A stretch of 64,000 nt of DNA, from contig NC_043002.1 of NCBI RefSeq assembly GCF_006345805.1, positions 49,786,001 through 49,850,000 on the forward strand, written 5' to 3'. Below are positions 40,222 to 53,381 of this stretch, in pieces. Both the position numbers and the translations under genes were made by a program. How positions within the stretch are numbered: position 1 is the stretch's first letter; each line of letters starts with the position of its first letter. The notes below the pieces were generated by a model. That model was given only the letters and a program-made list of their open reading frames with translations, had not been told where the DNA came from and did no database searches. The stretch is from Octopus sinensis. Taxonomy: Eukaryota.

Positions 40222-40927
40222 CAGAGGGAGAGGATGGGTGTTCACTTATATATATGTGAGGCAGGGTATCTGTGTCACAACAACTGTAATAATTCTTAGC
40301 GTTTGGTGAATATTGCTACAGTAGCAGAGTAATATGAATGATGATGAGGAGGAGGAGGTAGAAGAAGATCATCATGATGATGAAAAGAAGGTTTTAAAAT
40401 GTTTGCTAACTCTTTTGTTTCAAAGGATTTCATTCTATCGATTATATTTTGTGTCCCTCCATTAAACCGTTCTTTTTTTTACGCACTCTCGTTGCATTCT
40501 CGAATCATCCGGACAAAAACTATAAAAAGAAGTTACTGTAATATGTAAGTTAGCAGGTGACTCATGGTTTTTTACTCTCCCAAAGTGAATGGGGATGGGG
40601 GATTTCATATTATGTCCCCCCATACCCTGCCATTTCATTTCAATATCTTTGAATGAATATTTCCCTCCTCAGAGCTGAAGGCCGAAACAGCGAGCCTCAA
40701 ACACAACCCAACCATTGTTATGTAATCTCATCGTTTGCGTCTTCATGCGCTCTTCAAAATGAACAAAGCCAATTCTCTTCTCATCCTATTTTCCATTAAG
40801 GTTAATGTTCTTAGTTTTCATCTCTTCGCAGGTCCTTACAGAAAGTTAGGGTGCACGCGCAAAATTGCCCTTTTAGTCTGGCTAACTTCCAAGACTACCG
40901 AACTCAGACCATTTGCTCAGTTATGCC

Positions 40928-41077
40928 CACTAGCGTAGCTAGCGGGGGGGGGGGGCTGCAGGGGCGTTCCACACCGGGCGGCACTTTTAAAGGGGCCCCA
41001 CTTTTGGGTATGCTGTAGGCAATATGCGACAAACGGAAGGGCCGCCCCGGACGGCACACACTTAAGCTAGGCTAGTG
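40928..41077. mobile_element. 150-bp hAT-type MITE
   Basis: TIRs CACTAGCGTAGCT / AGCTAGGCTAGTG. 8-bp TSD GTTATGCC / GTTATGCA. Diverged relative at 54613-54819. Confidence 0.85.
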
Positions 41078-41099
41078 GTTATGCAGTTGATTCTAGCAA

Positions 41100-41625
41100 A
41101 GCTCATAGTAGCGCCTTATCTCAAACACTAAGATGTGTGTCATTCTTGGAGGTCTTATAGATTACCAGATATTAACTGGGGAATTTCTTTGTCGTTACGA
41201 TGCTACTAAAATATTCGATGACTCTACGTCGGATTCCTCTATTCTTTTCATAGAGCTTGTCTTTGTCCTGTTGAGTTTCTAGCAAAGAGTCTTCACCAAT
41301 GAAGCCTGGTGCGACTCGACCGTGGCTCAGGTTGTATCACACTACATGTTATTGGCAACACCCATGAGGCACCTGCCATAATCGATGTCTTTCATTGGAC
41401 CAAATTCGGTGCAGAACCGATTAGGATGTTCCTTCACCTTCCATACGGACTCCTGAACAATTTCACATATTTCCTCTTTGCCCATCTTCAAAGCTAACAT
41501 TGGTGGAATATTATTTACTAATCTTCCCTTCCACTATTACCGTTCGGTAGATTCTTTGCAAACATCTACAGGAATAATGGATCTGCTATCTCTGCTGTTA
41601 GTATGGTATTTTCCATGTGGACTGT
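41100..41625 (-). pseudogene. Possible decayed LINE endonuclease fragment
   Basis: High-complexity DNA. Minus strand LKMGKEEICEIVQESVWKVKEHPNR weakly recalls the N-terminal region of RTE APE endonucleases. Many stops. Confidence 0.3.
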
Positions 41626-41629
41626 CTAT

Positions 41630-41825
41630 TATATTTTACTTGTTCCAGTCATTGGGCTGCGGCTATACTGGGGCATCACCTTAAAGGGTTTAGCCGAACA
41701 ACTTGATCCCTGTACTTTTAAGTTTGGTATTTATTTTATTGGTCTCTTTTGCCGAACCGCTAAATTGCAGGGACGTGAACAAACCAGCACCAGTTGTCAA
41801 CTGGTGTGGACAAACAGACCAGAAA
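41630..41825 (-). mobile_element. SINE-B 3' half
   Basis: Reverse-complement match to B. Confidence 0.8.
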
Positions 41826-41852
41826 GACAGACAGACAGTCATACATACATAT

Positions 41853-43076
41853 ATTTGGTCATTCCATAAATAATGCGAGTTTTTTATGTTTTTTTTATTT
41901 TTCAAAATTAAGATAAATAAAGTTCTTCTTTTATCTAAAATATACCCTCCTTCATTTTCTACAATGCTCTTCTAACTATCTGATAGACTTGCAAGGCCCC
42001 TCTTCCAAAATGTACTCGTCCGTGACGAGAAATACTCCTCCAGTACTGTTCTGACTTCGTCCACAGAATTCATATTCTTACCGTCCAAATGATCTTGAAG
42101 AGTGCAGAATAAATGATAATCAGATAAAGCAATGTCCGGCGAATATGGTAGGTCGGACATGGTTTCCCATTCAAACTACTCCAGCCTTTGGAATGTCGTC
42201 CTCGCTGTATGTGGTTAAGCATTATCCTGATGGAAGAGCACCTACCTTTCGTCTTGAAATCAAAAGTGGTCGTTTTTCTTTTAACGCTGACTTAGGCCGC
42301 TCAAGCTGCTCACAGTAGATCTCGTTTGTTATCGTTTGGTTTGGGTTTAAAAAGTTCAAAATGTTTCTCTTTTCCTTACCCACTGTCTTTGGCGCTTGAC
42401 ATTTTCAAATAGAGCCGATTTCTCGTCACCAGTCACTATTCGGTCAGAAAATGGTTCATTCTTGAGACGTAACAGCAAAGAAGCGCACACATTCACTTTC
42501 TGTGCGTGGTTAGTCTCGGAAAGTTTGTGAGAAACCCATTGGCCCAATTTGCTGACTTTTCCGATGGCACGCAGGTATCGATGAATGATTGAATGACCAA
42601 TTCCAAGCTTCTCTGCTAGTTCCTCAAAAGTTATCATGAGATTTTGTCCCACCAGGGTTTGCAGGCCGTCCTTGTCGAGCTCTACAGATCTTCCAGGACG
42701 AGGCTCATCTTCTAGGCTGCAGTTTCCAGCTTGGAATATCTGGAACCACCATTAACACCAGCTTATTCTTATTGTCTGATCCCCATATACTGCATTAATA
42801 TTCCTTGCACTTTCCATTGTGTTGTTGCTTCTATTGAACTCATAAAGCAAAATATGCCAAATATGCTCCTTCGTCACTTCCATTATAGCTTTGAAAAAAA
42901 TAACTGTTAAAATCAAACTGCATTTTTAAAAACTTGCACTTAGCATAAGGACAAGATAAATTACTACCTGTTTATATAGCAAGTTGTAGTTTATCTACAG
43001 ATAGTTTATCCCGTCTCCCTCCGACTTTTAGTTCATGCAATTGAAAAAAAACACATTATTTATGGGATGACCCTAT
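41853..43076 (-). mobile_element. Near-complete mariner (DD34D) with both TIRs; transposase pseudogene from ATG at 42883 to ~41925
   Basis: TIRs GGTCAT(T/C)CCATAAATAATG(C/T)G at both ends in TA context. Translation MEVTKEHIWHILLYEF...LEDEPRPGR...IVTGDEK...FHQDNA*PH...YSPDIALSDYHLF, with stops, frameshifts and an internal deletion after QWVRKRE. Confidence 0.95.
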
Positions 43077-43104
43077 ATATATTTATATATAAATATATAT
43101 ATGA

Positions 43105-43255
43105 CAGGCCTCTTCTCAGTTTCCAACTATCAAATTCACTGTCAAGGCATTGGTTGGCGAGAGGCTATTGTAAGAGATACTTGCTGAAAAATGACGCTTG
43201 GTGGGACTGAACTCGAAACACCCTGCTTGCAAAGCGAGCTTCTTCGTCACAGATT
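43105..43255 (-). mobile_element. SINE-B 5' half
   Basis: Reverse-complement match. Confidence 0.8.
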
Positions 43256-43608
43256 CAATTTCTTTATATTTTTGTCTTTTGGGGTTTTTTTTCCTTCCAA
43301 GTCTTATATCTTCTCTCCATTCCTTTTTAATATATAATCCAATATACTGAAATTCTGCAGTTTCTTCAGGCTTCACTTTAAATAATTCATGAAGCCTATC
43401 TATAGCAGTATGGTCGCTATCTTATAGGACAATGGCATTTACAATACTAATGTGTATTCCAAAAAAAATCTATAGCTTTACGAATGTAATGAACCCATAG
43501 GTTACTTATGAATGTTTTGCTCACTATTGTTGTTTAGGTTCAGGATTGACCATGATCTGGCTGGCTTCTGGTCAAAGCTTTTCAGGTAATAGTTACCAGT
43601 CTCTTTCT

Positions 43609-43661
<53 letters not shown>

Positions 43662-43711
43662 TAGAGTGTCTAAAAACTAAAAGTGCATTATACATTCTTT
43701 CGACTGTGAAG

Positions 43712-44313
43712 TAGTGGTTCTCAACCGGAATCCATATGGACCCCAAGGGTCCATATAAGATTTTCATGGGTCCACACAACAAAATAGTTAATTGAAGATA
43801 CACAATGGTATTTTAAGGGCCCCTGAAAAAAAAAATTTATTTTAGATGTATGTACTGGAGAATGAAGGCGCGTGGCCTAGTAGTTAGGGTGTCAGCACCA
43901 TGATCGTAAGATTGTGGTTTCGATTCCTGGATCGGGCGACGCGTTGTGTTCTTGAGCAAAACACTTCATTTCACGTTGCTCCAGTCCACTCGGCTGCCAA
44001 AAATGAGTAACGCTGTGATGGACTGGCTTCCCGTCTAGCTGGGGAACACATACGTCATTGAAACCGGGAACCGGGCTCATGAGCCTGACTAGGATTTAAA
44101 AGTGAGCATTTATTATTTATGTACTGGAAGAAACTGCTAGGTTTCTTTCTCTAACATTTTACAAGTAAATGTGCGACAAACAGAATAGAAATTTTGAAAG
44201 AAGTGTCTATAAAACAAGGTTTTAGAAACATCGAGAAGCTATAGAGGTCCATCAGAATATAATAGTAATCAAAAGGCTTCATAGATAAAAAAAAAAATGG
44301 TTGAAAACTCTTG
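43712..44313. mobile_element. hAT-like MITE interrupted by a SINE-C
   Basis: Ends TAGTGGTTCTCAACC / GGTTGAAAACTCTTG. Related ends at 34730-34765, 35460-35500 and ~56280-56345. No TSD visible. Confidence 0.7.
43860..44117 (+). mobile_element. SINE-C with tail type 3 and an 11-bp TSD
   Basis: TATGTACTGGA at 43849-43859 and 44118-44128. Confidence 0.92.
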
Positions 44314-44874
44314 CGTACAGCCACACACACAAGCCTTTTATAAGTACTACTACGAGAAGTTTAAATTTTCATCTACCATCTTGTATACGTCAGCAAATAT
44401 GTTCTGTGGTTTTTGTTCATAGTAAGATGCAGTTTGGAAGAATGGTTTGGGTTTCTATTCCTATTATTTTCCATTTTCATATCACACATTAAACACATTT
44501 TTGCACCCTAAGTACTTGTTCTAGATATGAATGGAATTAAAAATAGAAGGAGAGTAATAACTTTTAGCTTTTGTTGATTAAATTGTAACCAAACGACTGA
44601 AGCAGTTGTCATCGTTGCCGTTCAGCACCAGTTCAGCTTTAATTAAGCAGATTTGCTATCAAAGAGATATTCCAGCCATGACCAGAGACATACGAAGAGG
44701 GAGAAAGGGGACGAATGATGATGTGAACGAGTGTAAATTGTAAATTTTTCTGTCTTGTAATGTTTCTTAATTAAGGCGGGAGCGCCAAGAAGGTATTTTC
44801 CCAATGGCGCCGAGGGCCCATTCTAGGCTACTGGCCTTGACTATCCTCTCCGATCCCCCATTTACATAAAGATG

Positions 44875-45420
44875 CAGGCATCGCCGTGTGGTTAAGAAAC
44901 TTGTTTAGCGACCACATAATTTCGAGTTCGGTCCCACTTCGTAGCACCTTGGGCAAGTGTGTTTAACTGGAACTTCGGGCCGACCGATGCCTTGTGAGTA
45001 AATTTAGCAGACGTTAGTGGGCGTGAACTGTGAGGAAGACCGCTATATATATATATATATATATATATATAGGCGCATGTGTGGCTGTGTGGTAAGTAGC
45101 CTGCTTACCAACCACATGGTTCCACTGCGTGACACTTTGGGCAAGAGTCTTCTACTATAATCTCGGGTCAACCAAAGCCATGTGAGTGGATTTGGTAGGC
45201 GGAAACTGTATGTATGTATGTATGTACGCACGCACGCATGTATGTGTTTTTACCCCTAACATCACTTGACAACCGATGTTGGTGTTTTTACGTGCCCCTA
45301 ACTTAGCGGTTCAGCAAAAGATACCGATAGAAAAAGTACTAGGCCTACAAAGAATAAGTCCTGGGGTCGATTTATTCGACTAAAGGCGGTGCTCCAGCAT
45401 GGCCGCAGTCAAATGACAAA
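44875..45420 (+). mobile_element. Old SINE-B 5' half followed by a full SINE-B
   Basis: Second head GGCGCATGTGTGGCTGTG at ~45072 within (TA)n. Confidence 0.85.
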
Positions 45421-45425
45421 CAAAT

Positions 45426-45456
<31 letters not shown>

Positions 45457-45459
45457 ATC

Positions 45460-46268
45460 AGCGGATAGTCCACATAACTCTGTAAGGAGCATAATGCCGG
45501 TTTCCCGGTTCCTGATTTGGACGGGATGCCGGTCCGTCGCAGGATTACTCATTTTTGCAAAGTGAGTGAACTGGAGTAACGTGAAAAGAAGTGTTTTGCT
45601 CAAGAACACAACGCACAGCGCAGTTCAGGAATCGACACCACAATCTTATGACCAAAAGTTCAACACCCTCACCACTTAGCCATGCATGCACTCCAGCAAT
45701 CACTGCTCTCAAAATCAATATCCAATTTTTTTTCTTATACCCATAGTCTCTCACCCTTCAATGGGTAGTCCACATTACTCCGTAAGAAGCATAGGGGCGC
45801 TTTCCCCCATTTCTCTGGTGTATGTATTTTTCCTTGGACGTGACGCCGGTATTAGCAGGATTGTTTAGTTTTGCCGGCTGGGTGGACTGGAGCACATGAA
45901 ATAAAGTGTTTTGTTCAAGAGCACAGTGCATCGCCCGGTGAAGGAATCGAAATCATAATCTTAGGATCTTAATTCCAACATCCTAACCACTAAGCCGTGC
46001 GCTCCACCAATCACTGCTCTCAAAATCAACTCCCAGTTTTTTCTTACACCCTAGGTCTCTCAACCGTCTCTCTGACGTATATATACCTCCCTGGACAGGG
46101 CGCCAGTCCGTCGCAAGATAAACTCATTTTTACCTGCTGGATGGACTGGAGCGAAGTAAAATAAAGCGTTTTGCTCAAGAACAACGCATCGACTGGTCCA
46201 GGAATCGAAACCACAATCTTAGGATCATGAGTTCAACACTCTAACCACCAAGCCATGCGCTTCCACCG
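45460..46268 (-). mobile_element. Three tandem SINE-C copies (~310-bp period) duplicated with flanking DNA
   Basis: Non-SINE spacer CAATCACTGCTCTCAAAATCAA repeated at ~45697 and ~46009. Confidence 0.85.
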
Positions 46269-47416
46269 CATAGTGTTAATTCCCCTCCTCCTACTTTTCT
46301 TCACTACCCAGTTTACAGCGCTGATAACCTTCTACTCCTACGCTGGGGTAGATTTGTACTCAATGCCACCCCTTGTACACGACAATGTCCACAGCCATAA
46401 ATCTACTACTTAGAATTTTTCGTCGTATTTTTTTTGTCCTTTTTTTTTCCTTTGTGTTTTTTTTTCTTTTCGAAAACACTTTGATGATGCTCTGCTTCTA
46501 TACGCACACACACACACACACACACATACACACACATATGCACTTTCTCTCCCTCTCTCTGTCTCTCCTTCTCTCTCTCACACACATATTCTGTGTGTGT
46601 GCGTGCGTGCTGCCCATTCATCTTTTCTGTCTCTAACCATCAATACACTTGTGTGTGTGTGTGTTTATGTGTGTGTTTATGTGTGTACGTTTATAGTTCT
46701 GTGTGTGTGTGGGTCGTTATCTACCTTCTCTCACCTTTACTACTCTTTAGATCTATCATTCCCTGTAAAAGTCAGTTGTTGACCGGTTGATGTTCTTGTT
46801 AACCCCAGATCAGCCCTGATAAAGCAGATGTATTATCAAACGCATTCCAACCGCGACTTATCCACCTTTCTACTTTCTTCTTTTCTTCCGTCTTACACTT
46901 TTTCACACGTAGTGTGCCCTGCTCTATTTTCCCCCTCAAGTGTCCAATAAGGTCTCTATAACCTAATCTGTCTAATAAGGACACGTTAGGTTAATATAGA
47001 GCAGGGCACACCAGATAATAGGGTTATTTCTGTTTTTTTTTTCTTACGTTTCACCTCAAAGGTTGTGACCATGCTGGGGCACCGCGTTTATAAGATTTTT
47101 TTTCTTTTCCTTTGAAGGAAGGTCTGGCTGCTACCACTTCTAGCAAGTCGAGCAACCATGTAAAGTCTTGCGAGGATGATCCGATTCTTGACTGAGGATA
47201 GAAAGCTTCAAATGACCCGTCCTTGTTTTTCTTGTATCGTCTAACTGGATGTTTAGTTGTCCCTTTTTGTATCACCTAGTTGTCCGGATGTTTTGCGTTC
47301 TTGTCCCATTTTGTATTATATATATATATATATATACACACATACATACACAGCGGGCTTCTTTCAGTTTTCGCCGACTAAAACATCGCGTAGAAACGTT
47401 TTATACGTTTTATTTA

Positions 47417-47463
<47 letters not shown>

Positions 47464-47553
47464 AGAGCTTATAAGCGATCACCGTGTAGTGAGTAAAGAA
47501 AATAGTCTAATATTGGGGTATATAAGCGGTCAACGGAAAAAAGTGGGTTTTCC

Positions 47554-47620
47554 GTACGCATGGGACTCGAACCCACACCTCTTATATTCGCGATAAGTGT
47601 GCTGATCATTAATATTGCAC
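47554..47620 (-). pseudogene. tRNA-like sequence (pseudogene or SINE head) followed by a T6 run
   Basis: Stem-loop CTTAT-CGCGAAT-ATAAG and T arm GTGGG-TTCGAGT-CCCAT. D arm and A box degenerate. TTTTTT 11 nt downstream. Confidence 0.45.
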
Positions 47621-47848
47621 TATATATATATATATATATATATCAAAATAAAAAACAAGAATATCTTCGGTAATTTGGTACGATCGTTTCACGCTACATC
47701 ATTTTATTAAATATTGTAAGTATTACAACAGTTTTAAAATGTTGAGCAATCATCAACCATTGCTTATTTTGATTATAATCACCCAATGGATTTATATGGA
47801 TAACACCATACAAAATTCTGGTGTATCTAACTTAAGTACCATATTAAT

Positions 47849-47890
<42 letters not shown>

Positions 47891-47903
47891 TATATATATA
47901 ATA

Positions 47904-47974
<71 letters not shown>

Positions 47975-48295
47975 TGTGAATGAGGGAGTACTAAAACCCT
48001 CAAGGAGTTGTTCCAGCGTGGCTGCAGTTAAATGACTCAAACAAGATAAAAAGGACAGAAAGGGTTAACTTCTGATTCGCTACACACACACACACACACA
48101 CAGAGGCGTTAACAAATTTTTTTTTTCTTTTACTAATCGACGCTGTTTATTATGACTTTCCTTGTCATTTTGATATATTGACATTCTTTAATGATGTCAA
48201 CTGGCGCCAGTCACGGCCGGTGGTCTAAACGCAGGAACCTGCGTGGAGTGATTCCTCTGCCTACTCTAGTAATTACAGCAGCAATAATTCCGGCT

Positions 48296-48686
48296 AATGG
48301 GCACAAGGCCTGAAATTTTGGGGGAGGAGGCCAGTCGATTAAATCAACCTCAGTGCGCAACTGTTATTTAATTTATCGACCCCGAAAGGATGAAAGGCAA
48401 AGTCAATCTCAGCGGAAGCTGAACTTAGAACGTAGCGACACACGAAATACCCATTTCTTTACTACCCACAAGGAGCTAAACACAGAGGGGACAAACAAGG
48501 ACAGACAAACGGATGAAGTCGATTATATCGACCCCAGTGCGTAACTGGTACTTAATTTATCGACCCCGAAAGGATGAAAGGTAAAGTCGACCTCGGCGGA
48601 ATTTGAACTCAGAACGTAACGGCAGACGAAATACGGCTAGGCATTTCGCCCGGCGTGTTAACGTTTCTGCCAGCTCGCAGCCTTAT

Positions 48687-48724
<38 letters not shown>

Positions 48725-48760
48725 CCTTTCTATTATAGGCACAAGGCCTGGAATTTGGGG
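48296..48760 (-). mobile_element. SINE-A dimer plus an extra tail fragment
   Basis: Reverse complement contains the GAAATGG|GTATTTC junction at ~48450. Confidence 0.9.
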
Positions 48761-49129
48761 AGTGAAATTAAGGGAAGATTATTATGATTCCTCAAGCAAG
48801 ACGTGACGGTATAGGAGCGAAGCGCTTCTGACCCTGAGATACCTGTTGATGGTACTGAATAGAGCTTGCAATACCACTGAGGGGCTCCCGCAGTTTCCGT
48901 ATGAGGCAACGCGTCTCCGATGTTTATTTCACCTTAAAATGGCATAAGGTCCACATAATTAGAGATAGAAATGAACGACTTCATTTCTTAATTTGTTACT
49001 TATGTTATCGATTCAAGAAGTGCGCGTCTACATAGAGCATACGTAGTCTCCCCGTTCAACTTGATAGAAAAAAATGACTAAATCTCCTTCAAATTACATT
49101 GAATGATGTACAGAAAACAAACAAAAATA

Positions 49130-49167
<38 letters not shown>

Positions 49168-49170
<3 letters not shown>

Positions 49171-49456
49171 TTATATATAAAACTGTAGTTGTGTGAGTGT
49201 CTGTCCCCTTCGATTTAGATTCCTAACTACTCCCACATTTTGCGGAGCAGTTTAACCAAAACCGAGTATCTTATAGTCGTGATTCATATCGAGCCCTTCT
49301 GGGTATTAGCGCGCGTCTACGATTTTTTAAATAATTTACCATCATATTTTTTCCATTTTTAATGCATTTTTTTGCTATTTTTTGGCTATAACTCTCTAAA
49401 AATGCTGTATAGTTATTTCCCTTACAAACCCGAGCAACGCCGGGCGATACTGCTAG
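49168..49456 (+). mobile_element. Non-autonomous Helitron-like element (~290 bp)
   Basis: 5' TC(TTTATATATAAAA), 3' hairpin CCCGAGCAACGCCGGG then CTAG, inserted between A and T. Confidence 0.8.
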
Positions 49457-50595
49457 TATATGTATAAAAAATACAAACTGGGACAAGAACGCAAAACATT
49501 TAGAAGACGATACAAAAAACACGGACGGGACATTCGAAGCCTTCAATCTTCAGTCAAGAACCGGATCATTCTTGCAATTTCGGCTGATTAATCTTGAGAT
49601 TTCTCCAATCTGGCCATCCCCAAGGAAAAACTAAGCTAAGCGCATTAGATTCCTTGGAAGAAAGCTTCGAATGTATACAAAACAAGGACAGTAAAACGGA
49701 CGATGTTACACGAATATGAATACAAAAATAATGCGTAAAAACAATAATAATAATAATACGTAAAATATATATATATTATAAAACCTAATCTTAAATACAC
49801 TGGTTGAAAAACAACAACAAAAAACAGGGGTAGTCAAAATTATAACGCCTTTAGATCTTATTAAATTTCTTCCTACCATTTGAAGTTTTTAAAATCTGAC
49901 TAGAATATTTTCGTAAAATGCAGCTTCTATATAGTTTTACATGCTGAAGGCGAAAATCGCACTCATTCAATTTTCCTAGGAAGTAATTGTAAAGAAGTTA
50001 CAGGCATTTATATATAGTTGTGTAATTTTTGACCAATTGGAATCCTCCAATCTGGTGAAAATTCCAAAGACTTCAAGTAGTTGAAAGAATTTTAACAAGA
50101 TCCTCGCCTTCTATTGGATCAGGGCTGACCTGGGACGAAACATCAGAAACGACCATCGATAAAATGACAGTAGCGTTATTCGGAAAAGGCGAGGGCACGG
50201 CCCAGCCCAACCCGGGTGATGCTTTTTTTTTTGGAAGCTGAACTTTTGGTTCTGATGTATAAGCTTGTATAGGAATTGGGCAAGACTCCTTTCACGGGCG
50301 GCATACACTCAAGCTCCACCACTGATAAAAAGCGAAGGCTTCGTTTTCTATTTACAATTTCATTCACATCTGCGGATCATTCTAGGAGTAAATAAAACGT
50401 GACCCCCAGTACTTGGCTGGTATTCTATCGACCCCGGGTATAAAAGAAAAGCAGGGTTAATCTCTGGGTGATTTGATCTTAGAATATACTTAAAATATCG
50501 CCAGGCATGTAGTTTTAGTTATTTTTCTTCTGTTCCGTGCCCCACCGATTATCCCCTTTTCTCTCTCTCTCTCTCTCTCTCTCCGTCCACCACCT

Positions 50596-50730
50596 AGTAG
50601 TAGTAGTAGTAGTAGTAGTGGTAGTGGTGGTGGTAGTAGTGGTGGTAGTGGTGGTGGTGGTGGTGGTGGTGGTCGTAGTAGTAGTGGTAGTAGTAGTGGT
50701 GGTGGTAGTAGTGGTAGTGGTAGTAGTAGT
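50596..50730. repeat. (TAG)n/(TGG)n trinucleotide array
   Basis: Direct inspection. Confidence 0.95.
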
Positions 50731-51339
50731 AACCTTGTGCTTTGTCAAAAGAAATCATAATAATAAATTACTCGCTATTATTCCGCGGCTATAAATTTAG
50801 TAGAAATTAATACAACAGTTATAACAACAACAAGAGAAACAACAACAGCAACATTAGCAAGTGCAGCAGTAGCAGCAGCAGTAATGAAACGATCAAATGA
50901 TTGACTTGGGGAAATATTTTATCAAATATTTGATACGAGGCATTGAACTGTATATACCACAGGGCTCTTGCTATAATGTTTGTGTGTGTGCATGTGTGCC
51001 ATAATGAGGTTGTACATACGTGTGTGTGTGTGTGTGTGTGTGTAGAATATGGATTTGTATGTGAGCGCGCGCGTTTTGCAATCTTATTGATTTGTGTAGA
51101 TTAATGTGTGTAGATGTTGTGTGTCGACGTGTGTGTCGCAATGCGGTTGAGTTGTGCTTGCGTAAGTGTGTTGTGTGGATTGTACCCGAATCTGTATGTG
51201 TGTGCATGTGTGGTGTGTGTGTGTGTGCTTAACCCGGCAATGACCAATCCATTTCTATTATTATTATAGATTAATTAAATCCACAGTAACAAAAACTATG
51301 ATTAGAGACAAGGAAGAAATATAGAAAATCCATCTCTCA

Positions 51340-51572
51340 AATAATAATGATAATGGTTTCAAATTTTGCCACAAGGCCAGCATATTCGTTGGAGCGGGTA
51401 AGTCGATTACATGGACCCAAAGTGCTCGACTAGTGTTTATTTTATCGGCTCCGGAAGGATGAAAAGGCAAAGTCGACCTCGGCGGAATTTGAACTCAGAC
51501 GTAAAGACCAATGAAACGCAGCTAAGCATTTTGTCCGGCGTGCTAACGATTCAGCTGGCTCGCCCACCTTAA
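51340..51572 (-). mobile_element. SINE-A monomer
   Basis: Reverse complement of the A core and head. Confidence 0.88.
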
Positions 51573-51577
51573 TAATA

Positions 51578-52015
51578 ATGTTTTGGTATAAAAGATGGGC
51601 TACAGCAAATACTTCAGATTTGTTTGTCAGTTGCTTCAGTTTAACCAGCTGAGCATGGCCCTTAGTGACTGACGATATGTGCACCTCTGATCATGAACAA
51701 GAGTAGTTGGGGAGCATCATGTGTTGAGAGGAATTCTTTGGAAACATGAGTGTTTCGTTCATGATCATAAAACAAACCTTATTCAGAGGCTTCTTGAATG
51801 GGATGGGCTACACGACCTGAAGAAAACTCTAACTGGACCCCACCTGCAAGGTGATGTGCTGTTTATCTTGATATGAGATCACCATGTCGCGCACATGTGG
51901 TAGTGATGCATGTGCTGATGTACCCTTATCAGACGGGTAATCATGATGTGTATATTGGGTTTCGTATATTTGTACCTCAGTGTCACTCTGATAGCATGCG
52001 CTACTCTCTCACTCT
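51578..52015 (+). mobile_element. Second copy of the ~500-bp repeat at 11399-11945
   Basis: Colinear similarity throughout. Ends CTCTCTCACTCTGT(AAT)n. Confidence 0.75.
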
Positions 52016-52019
52016 GTAA

Positions 52020-52230
52020 TAATAATAATAATAATAATCCTTTCTGCTAAAGGCACAAGGCCTGAAATTTGAGGGAAGCGGGTAAGTCGATTACATTAAC
52101 CCCAGTACTCAACTAAAGTAAGAAAGGCAAAGTCGACCTCGGAGAAATTTGAACTCAGAACGTAGCAGCAGACGAAATACTACTAACCATTTCCCCCGGC
52201 GTGCTATCGAGTCTGCCAGTTTTCCGCCTT
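52020..52230 (-). mobile_element. SINE-A monomer with an internal deletion
   Basis: Reverse-complement match. Confidence 0.85.
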
Positions 52231-52269
52231 AATAATAATAATAATAATGATAATAATAACAACAACAAC

Positions 52270-52880
52270 CTCCACTTCATGCGATATATCATCATGGAAA
52301 GGATGGGTAAGAAACTTCGAGCATGTGAGATCCTGATCGTTAGATCAGAGCTTTCAATGTGATCGATCATCGATACTTTGACTGTCCTCAGCGACATATC
52401 TTCAGTGGTTAGCGTAAATGTTTACCAATCGGAACCATTCAGCATTATATCCTCGATGGTAGACGAGGCTAAAAGGAGTGAGGTCAGGCAGTTTCTTCTT
52501 CTGTCAAACCCACGTCCAATTTTTTCAAGTCGCACTTGGAAAGGAAAGGGAGGGTGGGAAAAGAAGTGATCACCCCCAGCAAATTTGTCAGAAGGTGGGC
52601 GGCTGTGTCGAAAATGTTTCCGGTAAATGAACTTGTTGTAAGCAAACGCCAGTAGATTGGTGAACAAGAGTTGGACCAGAGCTTGTGCTCCTGGTGGTCC
52701 GGGAAATCCTGCGTCTGTGAGCTTTCTTGATTATCTTTATCTGTGGGTTGCCTTGAATCAGGCGGGCTGCATCATTAATGTCTGCACAAACATTTTATAC
52801 TACGTGGGGTGTATGAAAGGTTTTGAGCCTTCAATGCCTTTGAGCCTTGAACTCTTGTACCTTCATCAGAAGTCTTGTAC
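52270..52880 (-). pseudogene. Unidentified coding-like remnant
   Basis: One frame runs about 150 codons (SRKLTDAGFPGPPGAQALVQLLFTNLLAFAYNKF...DIMLNGSDW*TFTLTTEDMSLRTVKV...) with a single internal stop. Not a microsatellite. Confidence 0.4.
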
Positions 52881-53124
52881 CATGTTTTGTTTTTTTTTTT
52901 TTTTGTTTTTTTGTGGCTCAAGACTTTTCATACACCCCTCGTATGTATAATTTTATCTCATTTTCCGCCTTTCCTTTCTCCTCAGGATTTTATGTATCCT
53001 CCCCCTGCTCCCACACGAACACAAAACTAGGTAAATTCTCCTTGTAGTTCCCCCACCCTCATCTAAAGCCCTGGTGGCAAATAAATTAGCATCATCACTA
53101 TGTTGTTTTCTTTCATTTATCTTT

Positions 53125-53344
53125 TATTTTTTTACTTGTTCATTCATTAGACTGCGGCCATGCAGGGGCACTACCTTGAAGAGTTTTAGTTAAACGAATT
53201 GAGCCCGGTACATATTTTTTTTTAAAGTCTGGTACTTATTCTATCGGTTAATTTTGCCGAACCGCTTGATTATGAGGACGTAAACATACCAACACCGGTA
53301 GTCAAGCGGTGTGGAGGAGAGAAAACACAAACAAGTACAAAGAT

Positions 53345-53381
<37 letters not shown>

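Noticed and set aside
46912-47011. 16-bp inverted repeat GTGTGCCCTGCTCTAT with a ~68-bp spacer
   Set aside because: Real, but short and single, with no TSD. It cannot be assigned as a MITE or regulatory hairpin.
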